A DNA stretch of 64,000 bases from Octopus vulgaris. Lineage: Eukaryota. Below the pieces are notes generated by a model, which saw nothing but the letters and a program-made list of their open reading frames with translations, ran no database searches and was not told where the DNA came from. The stretch is from NCBI GenBank assembly GCA_951406725.2, contig OX597841.1, positions 5,890,001-5,954,000 of the forward strand, written 5' to 3'. The first letter of the stretch is position 1, and each line of letters begins with the position of its first letter. A program made the translations under genes and the position numbers. Shown one piece after another: positions 42,537 to 56,245 of this stretch.

Positions 42537-45500
42537 TTCTCTGAGGAATCAAAATAGACCCAATCCTTGGCCTTTCTCACCACATTAAACTTTTACTCCT
42601 ATCTTTATCCTTCTTTTTATAGTTTATTCCTTACAAACATTTCCACTGCAAACTTCACTGATATCTAAAGATGCTATAAATTTAGAAAGTCATCAAAGAG
42701 TAACGAGAATGCAAAGCATCAGCTAATGAAATAGAAAAATGTTTCTATTAATCTCAGTTCAGCGCAAACATTTCATAGAATTTCTACCAAAGATTTATAG
42801 AAATAGGCTTAGATGCGTTCTGTGTAAACTTTTCCTCAAGACTTTAAAAGATGAAAAATGTTGAAGATGTATTCATTATAAAAGAAAATTTCTTTGATGC
42901 CAATGTCATCCGTAAATCTGAAATGATAAAGAAACAGAATTAGATAGAGAGGAGAGATCAAAAGAGAAATGTTACAATATTTCTTTATTAATTAACAAAT
43001 GACATCATATAACGTTGGGTGAAATGTAAGAATTTGTAAACTACAACTACTCTTTAACATTGTGTAACATTACTCATGCATGCACATATATACATATCTC
43101 TATCTACCTACGTATATATATATACATATATAAATTTATAAGTGATGAATTCAGGTTAGGCGGGGAATAATATTTTGATTTTTGGGGGCTTCATTTTTGA
43201 GAACTCCCTGAAAATATGTCGTTAGGGTCACAGAACAATGATATAAACATTTTTGCAATTTCCATTTTCGTAACTCCCCAAACCGTAGTTATGCCCTAAA
43301 ATTACTGACAAAATATACATTATTAAACGATTAAAGGACTGAAAAGAAAATTACACAAATCGGGTGTCAAAAGGGGAAATATCGTTTACCAAAAGGAAAG
43401 CCGTTGTGAGGGAGGTCTTCCTGCTTGTCTTCAGGAATACTTAAAAAGCTGACAAATGTCTGTAGATATAGACTAACCTCCTATGGTTCAGTTTCTCGTC
43501 TTAGATATCACACACCTCCGTTAACAAGTGTGCAACAAATGCTATGTAGATATATTTTTTCACTTACCATTAGAATACTTGTTGATCTGACCAGGATCCT
43601 TTCTTGAAATCCACTTTGTTTTTCCCACCATGGATCGTAGAAATGCGCACAATATTTGCTACAAAGGGGCATACAAACAATTCGTGCTTTCGATCTAAGG
43701 TCCAAATGAAATATGAAGAAGGGCGAGCAAAGTTCCTCGATTCAAAGCTTTTTGCCCCCTTTCCTGTAAAATAGGGATCAACCAACTAAAGCTGTGATCA
43801 AGAGAAATATTAAATCACAAATCATGTAAGTCGCTTCGTGTTATTCCTAGAGATCAACGTTCACCTGAACACGAGGTATTACTACATCTGATCTAATTAG
43901 ATTCGTCTTAATTAGAAGCACGTGTAGAAGCTGTTGATAATTATTCCCGCGGTTGAACGACACCGGTGACATATATTAAAAGTCCCCAATATAACACGAA
44001 GAGACGTTAAAATTATATTAATTCACACCTTTAATTGCATCTCAGCCAAGGTAAATGATAAAAACCTCATCCAGCTAAATAGTAATTACGTCTCAACAAG
44101 AGTGTCTGCGCATGGTCACTGAACCTGCTAAAAATAGCAGCCAAATATTTCTGACATAATTACATCTTAGCATTAGAATGCATATAATCGTATCTTTGTT
44201 CCTTAAACGGACATATGATTAGAAACACAGCAGGTGCTGTTCCCTACGCCTTTATAAGGGGTCGCCAAACTATTTCGACCTTCGACCCTCAACTATAGCG
44301 AAGGTTGAAACGGAGCCCTTCCCGGCTTTCAAATTCCTTTGCGTTTCTGTTTTTCTCCGGAATCCCATGTTTTTAGGCCTTGGAAATTTCGATTCTGGAA
44401 AAGATTATTTCAAAAATCATAATATCAAAATTTCAGTCCCATATCCCTTTCCTTCGTTTTTTTATTTTTTCCTGAAATAAAGGGGAAAGGGTTCCGTTTA
44501 CGGCGGGGGGAAAGACAATGGACCACACCCTCTTTCCGATGTTTTTGGGGTTTTGTTTTTACAGGAACCCACGATATCGAGTGCGGAGATTCCAAATCTG
44601 CATTAAAATATTTTTAATCTCCCAACGCAATTTCTTAAATTTTCTACTAAAAACAAAATTTTTCTAGTGAAATTTGTAGAAAAATAAGGAGATTACGATT
44701 CTGAAAAAAACAAAAAAAAACTGTAAATTCTAATTTTTCAAAATATACAAAACAAAAAAAAACCCAAAAAACTGTAAATTTTAATTCTTCAAAATATACA
44801 AAATAAAAACAAAAACCCCCACCTCCTCCCCTGACCCATAACTAGAAATGAAATGAAAGTGTTTTCTTCTATTAATGTTTCAGGCATTCATAAAATTACA
44901 AAATAGAAGCTGGACAAAGTGAGAGTCGGGTGGGGTGCAGGAGGTGATGCAGGCTGTGATGGGAATGGTGAGGAGAATAAGGGGAGGTAGAGAGGGGAGC
45001 TGGATGAAGAGCCTGCTTTTCCCATTCAATTCCAATATTAACAACCGCATGATTTTCACTAAGAGAAAAAAGACAAAACTTGGATTTTTGGGGTGGAATC
45101 AAGTACCCTGACCTAATAAGATGCTTCACGTCCCTTATATTGGTTTGGGAATCAAGAGGGTAGGGTCACCCCTTCCCATTTCGGAATCATTGGATATTTT
45201 TTCCGTTTTTTTCTTTCTTGAATGAATTCCTGTGACCTAATATGCTACAAAACTCTTTTTGGGGTCTGTAAAAGGGGGTGGGGTGAGGTGGAAGCCTAAG
45301 AAATTTCACCCCACCCTCATTGATCTTTTCACCTGCATGAAAAAAGTGGGGAAGGTCCCAATTTTTTGTTAACCACAATAAGGGATTTGCAGCATATTAG
45401 GAGGTCAGGGTACTTGATTCCACGCAAAAAAAAACCCAATTTTTTTTCCTTACTGAAAACTTTGTGGATCAAAAGATCAATGGTGGTGGGGGTGAACATT

Positions 45501-46364
45501 CCAAGGCTTCCAGCTCCCTCCATCCCGTTGTTCGGACCCCAAAACAGGTTTTGTAGCATATTAGGTCAGAGGAATTCATTCAATGAAAAACATAAATTTC
45601 CAACGATTCCAAGATAGGGGTGTCCTCCCACTTTTCCAAACCAAAATAAGGGATTTGCAGCATATTAGGAGGTATTTCTTTTATCAAAGCAGCTGTTTGC
45701 ATCCCACAAGGTTTGATAGAACCTACTGAAGCAATCCAGCATCCTCACAGTATTACTACAGGTGACAGCGAGGCTAAGGTGTTAAGAAAAACCATGCACC
45801 CACACGGGCATCACCTTCCCTTTCCTGTAAAATAGGGATCAACCAACTAAAGCTGTGATCAAGAGAAATATTAAATCACAAATCATGTAAGTCGCTTCGT
45901 GTTATTCATAGAGATCAACGTTCACCTGAACACGAGGTATTACTACATCTGATCTAATTAGATTCGTCTTAATTAGAAGCACGTGTAGAAGCTGTTGATA
46001 ATTATTCCCATAAAGAAATAAATCACAACACCATTAAATCACTTGGTAATCCATAATTATTATGAAAATTCGTTTCTCAAAGCGAAATGGTAACAATTCT
46101 AGTCTTGGTAGAACTGCAATTCTTTCCCCTGACGATATGGACTTCCGCTTCCGCTGCAAGCTTTGTCGATGGCAAAGAAGACCAATAATTCGTTTTGCTC
46201 TCCCTTTGACCGAGATTTGCTGAAATCAAATCTATTTTCACACTAAATACTGATTTGTATATCGTAACAGGTAAGATATACATACATATTTGGTACTACT
46301 AGCGAAGACTGGACCCGGTGCGCGCCCACGCGCTAGCTAGTCGTAAATAGTCGATCCTACAACG

Positions 46365-46440
46365 ACACACATATACATACATACATATATATATATGTGT
46401 GTGTGCGTGTGTATATATATATGTATATATATACAAATAT

Positions 46441-46477
<37 letters not shown>

Positions 46478-46496
46478 CGTGTGTGTGTGTGTGTGA

Positions 46497-46530
<34 letters not shown>

Positions 46531-46554
46531 TTATATATATATTCATATGTGTGT

Positions 46555-46610
<56 letters not shown>
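46365..46610. repeat. Compound (TA)n/(TG)n microsatellite
   Basis: Seen directly in the sequence. Confidence 0.95.
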
Positions 46611-46612
<2 letters not shown>

Positions 46613-49319
46613 TAACAGGTGGACACTCAGCAATGATCTGTATTATACAGGGGCGAGTCCCTTGATTCCTTTGGCCGTAACTTTCTTCAGCAGCGAAGGT
46701 AAGGCGTGGATGTGAACAAACCGGTGGAGTGGGGCATTCGGAAAAACACATCTATAAGCGTGAGTATAATATATATTTCTTTACTACCTACAAGGGGCTA
46801 AACATAGAGGGGACAAACAAAGACAGACAAAGGGATTAAGTCAATTACATTGACTCCAGTGCGAAACTGCTACTTAATTTATCGACCCCGGCAGAATTTG
46901 AACTCAGAACGTAACAACAGATGAAATACCTATTTCTTTATTACCCACAAGGGGCTAAACAAGGACAGACATAGGTATTAAGTCGATTACATCGACCCCA
47001 GTGCGTAACTGGTACTTTATTTATCGACCCCGAAAGGATGAAAGGCAAAGTCGACCCCGGCAGAATTTGAACTCAGAACGTAACGACAGACGAAATACCT
47101 CTAAGCATTTCGACCGGCGTGCTAACGTTTCTGCCAGCTCTCCATCTTGTGTGTGTATGATATATATACATACATATATATATATGTGGCGTAACTTTGG
47201 TATAGGTACCGGATACATTTCAAGAAAATGTTTTTTTTTTTATATATGGTGGGGTTAGGGTTAGGGGTACAAGAAAAGGGTTTCTGTTATCTTCAGAAGT
47301 GTAAAGAAAGCCACTTCCGGTACGTATACCGAAGGATCGCCGCAATTTATCTCTGTGCTTGCTGTTGCACAACTTCTTTTTGTGTGAACCCTGTGGAAAC
47401 ATTTATGAAAATGTACAGATAAATAAGTTAGGTTTGCAATTCTCTATAATTGATAGCATAGTTTGTATAAGATGAAATTAAATCCAGATTTAGCCACAGG
47501 TCGGTCAAGTTTGTGAAGTTTTTAACAGTTTTGTGACAACCGAGTGTCTTGAGACATTCTAATGAAAAAGGGAAAGAAAGAGATAATGCCACCCTCGCTC
47601 TTTCGGAGAGAAATTAACTTTTGGTGGTGGTGGTCGTGGTGAGGAAAACATTTGTTTTATTATCACAATTTCCACAGGAGTGGCTGTGTGGTAAGTAGCT
47701 TGCTAACCAACCACATGGTTCTGGGTTCAGTCCCACTGCATGGCACCTCGGGCAGGTGTCTTTTGCTATAGCCCCGGGCCGACCAATGACTTGTGAGTGG
47801 ATTTGGTAGACGGAAACTTAAAGAAGCCTGTCATATATATGTATATATATATATATATATATGTGTGCGTGTATGTTTGTGTGTCTGTGTTTGTCCCCTA
47901 GCATTGCTTGACAACCGATGCTGGTGTGTTTATGTCCCCGTTACTTGACAGTTCGGGAAATGAGACCGATAGAATAAGTACTGGGCTTACAAAGAATAAG
48001 TCCCGGGGTCGAATTGCTCGACTAAAGGCGGTGCTCCAGCATGGCCGCGGTCAAATGACTGAAACAAGTAAAAGAGAAAGAGAGAGAATGTTCCCTTTCT
48101 TCTACCCCTGTAGCATAGGCAACATGGCTTGTCCCAGTAATGTCAGAGACATAAAGATCCATTTTCTTCTGTTTTACTTGTTGGCTGCCACAGTTGTATC
48201 ATTTCCCTCTTGTCCTGTCTTCTCAGAGATGTTTATACACTGGACAACATAACTAACCCCTGTCTTTACCTATCAACAACTCTAAATCGTTGTTTTGCTG
48301 ATAATTCTAAATGAAACCCAATTCACCTTTGATGTATTCTTTGGGGAGGGGTTTCACCTTTTTCTACTTTTAATGTTTTTCCTTTCTTTTATTTTTGTAA
48401 AAATCTGTATCTGAATAGAAATTCTATATTCTGTGGAAGTAAATTGTCCTTAGAAAAGTGTATTTTATGATAGAAACCCGAAATAATGACAGTAATATAC
48501 AAATATTTAATGAAACCTGTTTGATATTCGATTGGGGTGTTCCCGTGTGGGTCTCAGCAACTTGTGTACCCATTAAATTGTGAATGATTCACTCAGTTTT
48601 GTTGATCCACATCATGACAGCATCCATGCACAGAAGGGCAATGGATGCTGAATAAAAGGAAGAAAGGTGACAATGTGGGATTAGTGATGGTTTATTTACA
48701 TCCTATTTTGCTCATCTTCCATCATCATCATCATCATTTAGCGTCCGCTTTCCATGCTGGCATGGGTAGAACGGTTCAACTGGGGTCTGGGAAGCCAGAA
48801 GGCTTCACCAGGCTCCAGTATGATCTGGCAGTGTTTCTACGGCTGGATGCCCTTCCTAATGCCCACCACTCCGAGAGTGTAATGAGTGATTTTTACTTGC
48901 CGCCCACACAGGTGCCAGACGGGGCTAGCAAACGGCCACGGACGGATGTTGCTCGTTACATGCCACCGGCACGGGGGCCACACGAGGCTGGCAGAAACAA
49001 ATTTAGAGATCATGATTAACTATTAACGAATCTCTTTTACATAACACTCCACAGCCACTTTTATGAAGAACAGTCAGAAGTGCTTTTCACCACTAGAGGA
49101 ACGAGTCTTAACACTCTGCTATGGAGTTTGGGGTTTGTTTTTTTTTGTACAGCAAGGCATCAGGATCCTCGGCCTTTTGTCATATCACATGAAAGGTTCA
49201 GCATTCTGAGTTTGCACTTTGGTATTTCATTACCCCCCTCCCACAATCGACCGCAGGACTTATACTTTGTAAGCCTACTACTTATTCTATCGCTCTCGTT
49301 TGTTGAAAATGGCAGCTGA

Positions 49320-51285
49320 ACGCAGATTGTCCCATACTTTCTCTTTCCGTCTGCCCTCCACTGACAAACCCAGCTCTCTCTCTCCCCTGTGATAGAGCTA
49401 CATCCATCTTCCTGTTGTAATTAGTCGACGTTGGAGAGGAGAGGATGTTGCGCCAACCAAAAGGGAATAATTGTGGATGGAGGGAAGAAAAGAAGGAAGA
49501 GAGGAAGAAAAGCCCTTGTGCAGGCCCAGACCCCGAAACTGTTTCTGCAGGGCAGCTTGGTTGCAGGAATCTGGGGGAGAATTTGACATTGAACAAGCAT
49601 TCGAGTTACCTGAAGATTAGGTTTGTCAAGGTATTGGAGGGACAACAGGAATCTGTAAGAGGGACTAAATCTCAGAAAATACAACAGATTAGGAATCGAC
49701 AAGGAATTCCTAAGTGTAGAAAAAACCTTGGTGGGTCACAATTAATTGAAGGTTATTTTAAAAGTTGTTTCAAGGTCAGCCACTTTGGATCTAAAGATGG
49801 ACACAAAAGCTAGGTCAGTAACTGGGTCTCCAAGGGAGCACCACGCTGATGAAGGACGAATCGCGTTTGAGGGAAGGGAGTCAACAAATAATTTTGTTGC
49901 TTGCTCATGGCAAGGTGGGTGGTTGAGGGGCCAGAGCTCACATTTGGGTTAGGGTCATCATTCTCGCTGTTGGAAGCACCTTGTCAGGAGGGCCTCCCAA
50001 AGAAGCATCATTGAGGTACCAGACATTTAGGTCAGCTTTCATCTTGGGAATATCTTCAATGCCCAACGTGAATAGGGAACAATCAAGTGCATCACCCTGT
50101 TGGACACCAGAGGCAGATGGGATGTGGTCACCAAATGAGAGGTTGGAGGGCTCATGATAGGCTTGCAAGCAAAGTGATAAACTGGTGGGGAATCCCCCTT
50201 ACTGCGCAGAGGATGACGTCTCGACTGATGGAGTTAAAAGCATCCTTATGGTCAAGTTTGGGAATGACATTCAGAAGGCAAGTTGGTGAAAGCCCTGGTG
50301 GCATGAGCAGCCAACTCACAGCCTAGCTAAGTACCCACTCCTAGCTGAATAGGGGAAAATTCCTCAGTCAGGCAGTGACAGAGTACAATCAACTGCTATG
50401 GGGTGGAGGTCACCATTGGGCTTCATGAGACCAAATACCTTGTCCCCAAAGAACAGGGGACGAATGTAAGCAAGGACACTCTCGAAATAGTAAAATGTTA
50501 TGAATTGTGTTAGGTTCTCCATGAGTGCGATTCCAGCATCACCGGCTGACAGGTTGATATCATCCTTGAAATGCTGAAGTCATAAGCCATCGATTCTAGC
50601 ACTAGAACCTGCCAGAAATGTGACAATTGCCTCCCTCATATTGTCAGGGGTGAAGATGGGATGTAGAAAACTTGGTGGGTTGGGCAAGTGTAGGTGATCA
50701 TCTGGAGGGAGCAGAGAATGTTTCTCCTCCTGTTGGTTAAGGGAGTCTGTGATACACAGGATGAGGGAGGATAGAGAGGAAAGAAGGGGAACACTCCCTT
50801 TAGAGTCTAATTCTCTGAATTTGGTATTAACAACCTTCTTTATGTTAGGTGGTCGACCAGTGTTCGGGTTTGAGCTAATGACCGACCTGAGATGACCAGT
50901 GGTTGGGGTAGATTCGAACAGCAGTTTCGGGGAAGAAGTGAGGGATCCGTTATTCCCATTCATTGCGTAGAGGGAAACCAAAGGGAATAGGAACAGTTGC
51001 TGCCAATCGGAAGACTTTCTGTGGCAGTTTTGAGAGAACACAGACGAAATAAGTCTCTGCAGCCTTAGGGATCCGATTGATGAACTTCAGCTGGGACAAA
51101 CGCTGAAGAATGGCAGCAAAATCATCAACAGGGATCTGGACTTCAGGGCAAGGTTCTGTCCTACTAGGGATGTCGGAACTAAAGCGACATCAGTTGTATG
51201 TCCAGTTAGAAAGACTTTTGCCTTGAACCCGAGTAATGCTGACGCAGTTCCTGTGATGACTTGGACTACACAAGGGGCATGTGAT
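49320..51285 (-). mobile_element. Degenerate CRE-like (RLE-type) non-LTR retrotransposon, RT region
   Basis: Fragments EAIVTFLAGSSARIDGL, SASGVQQGDALDCSLFTLGI, LNVWYLNDASLGGP and QAALQKQFRGLGL match CRE-type RT motifs from memory. Many stops and frameshifts. Confidence 0.7.
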
Positions 51286-51807
51286 CATCATCATCATTGT
51301 TTGACAGTGGTCGAGACAATGGTATTTACCATGCTACGCCAGACTTCACGGTCCATCATGGCATAACGGAGGTCTTGTTGCTGGATGCCTGTATCCCTGG
51401 AGATTACATCAGGGTAGGAGAGTGTGCGCCCTCTGGTATCACGAGTAGATGGCTTCCAGAGGAGAAGAGTAGAAATTGCCTCGTTTTCAGCTCTACAACA
51501 ATGTCCAGCAAACTGGACTCTCCTACCTTTCACAAGAGATATCACAGGTGGTAGTTTCCCATATATTTGCATTTTGGTTGGATGGCGCTTCCACGAGAGA
51601 TTTTGAGCTCTGATAAGGAGGCGAGTGTAGGTTCCATCCAACCGCCTCTCAAGCTTCTTTGATAAAGTCCAGGTTTCTGAGCCATATAGTAGAATTGGTT
51701 CGACTGTGGCTTTGAAGATGAGACCAAGGCATGTGATGGTAGCTTGTACGGTTGCAGAGGACACAGCTTGGAGGTGAATTAGCAGCATCAGAGGTAGAAT
51801 TCAGATG

Positions 51808-52040
51808 GGGCAGCGAGCTGGTAGAAACGTTAGCACGCCGGGCGAAATGCTTAGTGGTATTTCGTCTGCCGTTACGTTCTGAGTTCAAATTCCGCCGAGG
51901 TCGACTTTACATTTTATCCTTTCAGGGTCGATAAATTAAGTACCAGTTACGCACTGGGGTCGATGTAATCGACTTAATTCTTTTGTCTGTCCTTGTTTGT
52001 CCCCTCTATGTTTAGACCCTTGTGGGCAATGAAGAAATAA
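51808..52040 (+). mobile_element. SINE type 2 (other copies at about 7148-7245-, 11600-11822-, 14024-14243+, 46775-47142-)
   Basis: GGCGAGCTGGCAGA head, B-box-like GAGTTCAAATTCC, central TCATCCTTTCGGGGTCGATAAA..AAGTACCAG (resembles the Deu/Nin SINE domain) and tail ...agccccttgtgggtagtaaagaaata. Confidence 0.8.
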
Positions 52041-53872
52041 GAATTCAGATGGGGTGGGGGACAATAGCGCTGGAGCTAGAGGGCATGGCTGAGTGGTGAT
52101 GCAGGCAGGGTGGGTGAATAAGGGGAGTAGGGAGAAGGTTAGCGATGGAGGGAGCAGGACGAAGAGCGTTAATACTGGCAGTGGGGGTAGGAGACGATGG
52201 TGGTTAAGTTGGCAATTACAGGAGTTGTGGGCTGAATAAAGGGATGAGCAGGACAAATACCCACCAAATCCCACGCTAGAAGGGATCGGAGCATGTGGGG
52301 AAGGAGAGGATGAAGGGTGGCAGGGTGTGATGAAGCAGTTTAACCATCTGGAAAATTACAAAATTTCAAAGAAGACGTTTGTAGGCTTTTCCTTTCCCTG
52401 TGTGTTCTCTCTCCACTTCATGTTTGTAGAGAATTTCATTGAAAACACTTTTTTGTTTTGAAAGACAGGAGGAAACAAAGTGGAGAGGAGTTGTGTAGGA
52501 ATGCCAATTATGGTTATATCAGAATTAAAATTTTTTTCTTTACATTTTCCAATTTCTCTTTATTTACCCAAAAATATAATGCTATTTATTGCCAAATGAT
52601 TCCCATGTTTGATGGCATGGAAGACGTACCGTTTCCATTAAAAGGCGTTTCAAAAACAAATCACCCCTTATCCAAGGTGATATAAATATTTATTCACAGC
52701 AAAGAAAATTACTGTAGAACAGTAAATTTCTAAGATTTTCACGAAGCAAAAAGAAAAAAAAACTTGGATTTTTTCCGTGGAGTCAAATACCTCTTAATAT
52801 GCTGCAAATCCCTTATTTAGGTTCAGAAAAAAAGTGGGGAGGGAGACCCCTTCCCACCCTGGAATCATTGGATATTTTTGTCTTTTTTCGTTGGATGAAG
52901 TTCTGTGACCTCGTAATATGCTACAATGCTTTTTGGGGACTGTAAAACGGGGTGAGGTGAGGAGGAAGCCTCACAAATTTCACCTAAACACCCACTAATC
53001 TTTTCACCTGCCTGAAAAAAGTGGGGATAGCAGCTTTGTTCATCTAATTGCTTCATCAGAAGCAAATTGACACAGAGGAATAAGAAGCAAGCTGAAATAA
53101 ACAAGCAAACAAAGATCAAAGCCCAGCATCAACAAACACCTTGGATGCAATTAATAAACGAGAAGCAATCAAACATACATATTTAGGTACATATAAAAAC
53201 CAAGTCTGCAAGTTTCAGTGTTGAAGACATATTTATTTAACCACGTCACCTCCACACGATTTCACAATCTTCTTCATGGAGTATATATTTTCAGTATGCA
53301 AGAAATTGTGTCTTGCTAAAAACCCAGTTACTCTAAAAGATGTTCACCTGGATTTCTCCACCATCTGCTCTCATGATGCTGCACTGCCTCACACGTTTCT
53401 CCTCTTTTAGATTTCAGCTTTAATATCAATGGGCCTCTCGTGTCTGCTACATTCTGCTACACACACAACTATATATATATCTGCACATCACTGTTTCCAC
53501 TCCTCACAATTGTCTAATCTAGTGCTTCCTAAAGTGGCAATATTTATGGTTATACAAATTATTTTCTACACACAATTCTAACAAATACCTGTGCCCAGCA
53601 AAACTATGTGTATCCCAGGTAAGTGCTTACAAAAAGGGTTGGCATCATTAACAATACCTCAAAAGGAACCCTGATGATTATGAATGTTACCAAGGGTTCA
53701 TCAGTTACTGACAATGCCCACAAGGAGAAAGGGTTCTAAAATGTCTGTTGCTGTGTGCTGCAAAGATATTTGATAAATAATACAGTCAAATTCTTGTATG
53801 GATAGATACGTGTGCAGTTAAGTAACGTTTCTGAGAGAATGATTTACCACAGAAATCACAGCAAAAAGGCCT

Positions 53873-56245
53873 CTATCCTGTATGAACACGTTTGTGGGAA
53901 GATAAATGACAATTTTGAGAGAATGATTTACCACAGATAACACAGTGAAATGGTTTCTCTCCTGTATGAATACGTTTGTGAGAAGTTAACTGACAATTTT
54001 GAGGGAATGATTTACCACAGATATCACAGTGAAATGGCTTTTCTCCTGTGTGAATACGCCTGTGTTTATTTAATGTAGTACTTTCAGAGAATGATTTACT
54101 GCAGATATCACACTGATAAGGTTTCTCTCCTGTATGAACACGTTTGTGAGAAGTTAAAGTATCACTTCGAGAAAATGATTTACCACAGACATCACATTGA
54201 TATGGATTCTCTCCTGTGTGAATACGTTTGTGTACAATTAAGTTACTTCCGTCAGAGAATGATTTACCACAGATATTACAGTGATACGGCTTTTCTCCTG
54301 TATGAATTCGTTTGTGTCCAATTAAATTACTGCTAACAGAGAATGATTTACCACAGATATCACAGTGAAATGGTTTCTCTCCTGTGTGATTACGTTTGTG
54401 ACTAATTAAGGCAGTTCTATCAGAGAATGATTTCCCACAGACATCACACGCATATGGTTTCTCACCTGTATGAATACGTTTGTGTATAATTAAGGCACTT
54501 CTGTGAGAGAATGATTTACCACAGATATCACAGTGATACGGCTTTTCTCCTGTATGAATTCTTTTGTGTTCGATTAAATGACTGTTTGCAGGGAATGATT
54601 TACCACAAATATCACAGTGAAATGGTTTCTCACCTGTATGAACACGTTTATGTTTAGTTAAACTGTTCTTTTCAGAGAATGATTTACCACAGATATTACA
54701 GTGATATGGTGTCTCTCCTGTATGAATACGCTTATGAGTAGTTAACACACTATTTTGAGAGAATGATTTACCACAGACATCACACTGAAACGGTTTTTCT
54801 CCTGTATGAACACGTTTGTGTTTAGTTAAGTCATTGCTTTGTATGAAGGATTTACCACAAATATCACAGTGAAATTGCTTCTCTCCTGTATGAATGAGTC
54901 TGCGTTTAGTTAAGCTAATTTCTATAGGAAATGATTTACTACAGATATTACAGTGATATGGTTTCTCTCCTGTATGAACACGTTTGTGTACAATTAAGGC
55001 ACTTCCGTAAGAGAATGATTTACCACAGATATTACAGTGAAATGGTTTCTCTCCTGTATGAACACGTTTGTGTACAATTAAGGCACTTCCGTTAGAGAAT
55101 GAATTACCACAGATATTACAGTGAAATGGTTTCTCCCTCGTGTGAATACGCCTGTGTATAATTAAGGCACCACTTGCAGTGAATGGTTTACCACAGATAT
55201 CACAGGCAAATGGCTTCTCTCCTGTATGAACACGTTTGTGTTTAGCTAAGTCACTGCTTTGAGCGAAGGATTTACCACAAATATCACAGCGAAATGGCTT
55301 CTCCCCCGTATGAATATGTTTGTGCCTAGTTAAGTTTACTTGTATAGGAAATGATTTGCCACAGATATCACAGTGAAATGGTTTATCCCCTGTATGAACA
55401 CGTTTATGTATAATTAAGGCACTTCTATCAGAGAATGGTTTCCCACAGACATCACACTCATATGGTTTCTCACCTGTATGAATACGTATGTGTGTAGTTA
55501 AATTGTTCTTTTCAGAGAATGATTTACCACAGATATCACAGTGATACGGCTTTTCTCCTGTATGACTTCGTTTGTGTCCAACTAATTTACTGCTTACAGA
55601 GAAAGATTTACCACAAATATCACAGTGAAATGGTTTTTCCCCTGTGTGAATGCGTTTGTGTGTAGTTAGGCTACTGTTTTCAGAGAATGATTTACCACAC
55701 AAATCACAATGAAATGGCTTCTCTCCTGTATGAACACGTTTATGTTTAGTTAAGTTATTGCTTTGAGTGAAGGATTTACCACAAATATCACAGTGAAATT
55801 GCTTCTCTCCTGTATGAACACGTTTGTGATTAGTTAAGTTATTGCTTTGAGTGAAGGATTTACCACAAATATCACAGCGAAATGGCTTCTCTCCTGTATG
55901 AACACGTTTGTGTTTAGCTAAGTCATTGCTTTGTATGAAGGATTTACCACAAATATCACAGCAAAATGGCTTCTCTCCGGAATGAACACGTTTGTGTCTA
56001 GTTAAGTCATAGCTTTGAGAGTATGATTTATCACAGATATCACAGTGATACGGTTTCTCTCCTGTGTGAATACGTTTGTGAGTAGTTAACACACTATTTT
56101 GAGAGAATGATTTACCACAGATATCACACTGGAACGGTTTTTCTCCTGTGTGAGTACGCTTGTGTCTATCTAATGCAAAACTTCCAGTGGTTGACTTACC
56201 ACAGATATCACAACGATACAATGATTTTTGCATATTTTTCAGCAT
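53873..56245 (-). CDS. C2H2 zinc-finger protein, 790 aa, 28 fingers (unit 5)
   Basis: Intact tandem C2H2 ORF with diverse recognition helices. One finger has His>Arg (LTKRRLIH). Acceptor at 56626. Confidence 0.93.
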   Translation of the reverse strand: MLKNMQKSLYRCDICGKSTTGSFALDRHKRTHTGEKPFQCDICGKSFSQNSVLTTHKRIHTGEKPYHCDICDKSYSQSYDLTRHKRVHSGEKPFCCDICGKSFIQSNDLAKHKRVHTGEKPFRCDICGKSFTQSNNLTNHKRVHTGEKQFHCDICGKSFTQSNNLTKHKRVHTGEKPFHCDLCGKSFSENSSLTTHKRIHTGEKPFHCDICGKSFSVSSKLVGHKRSHTGEKPYHCDICGKSFSEKNNLTTHIRIHTGEKPYECDVCGKPFSDRSALIIHKRVHTGDKPFHCDICGKSFPIQVNLTRHKHIHTGEKPFRCDICGKSFAQSSDLAKHKRVHTGEKPFACDICGKPFTASGALIIHRRIHTREKPFHCNICGNSFSNGSALIVHKRVHTGEKPFHCNICGKSFSYGSALIVHKRVHTGEKPYHCNICSKSFPIEISLTKRRLIHTGEKQFHCDICGKSFIQSNDLTKHKRVHTGEKPFQCDVCGKSFSQNSVLTTHKRIHTGETPYHCNICGKSFSEKNSLTKHKRVHTGEKPFHCDICGKSFPANSHLIEHKRIHTGEKPYHCDICGKSFSHRSALIIHKRIHTGEKPYACDVCGKSFSDRTALISHKRNHTGEKPFHCDICGKSFSVSSNLIGHKRIHTGEKPYHCNICGKSFSDGSNLIVHKRIHTGENPYQCDVCGKSFSRSDTLTSHKRVHTGEKPYQCDICSKSFSESTTLNKHRRIHTGEKPFHCDICGKSFPQNCQLTSHKRIHTGEKPFHCVICGKSFSQNCHLSSHKRVHTG

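Noticed and set aside
47250-47268. TTAGGG telomere-like motifs
   Set aside because: Only two units, within a dispersed repeat that also occurs at about 13330.
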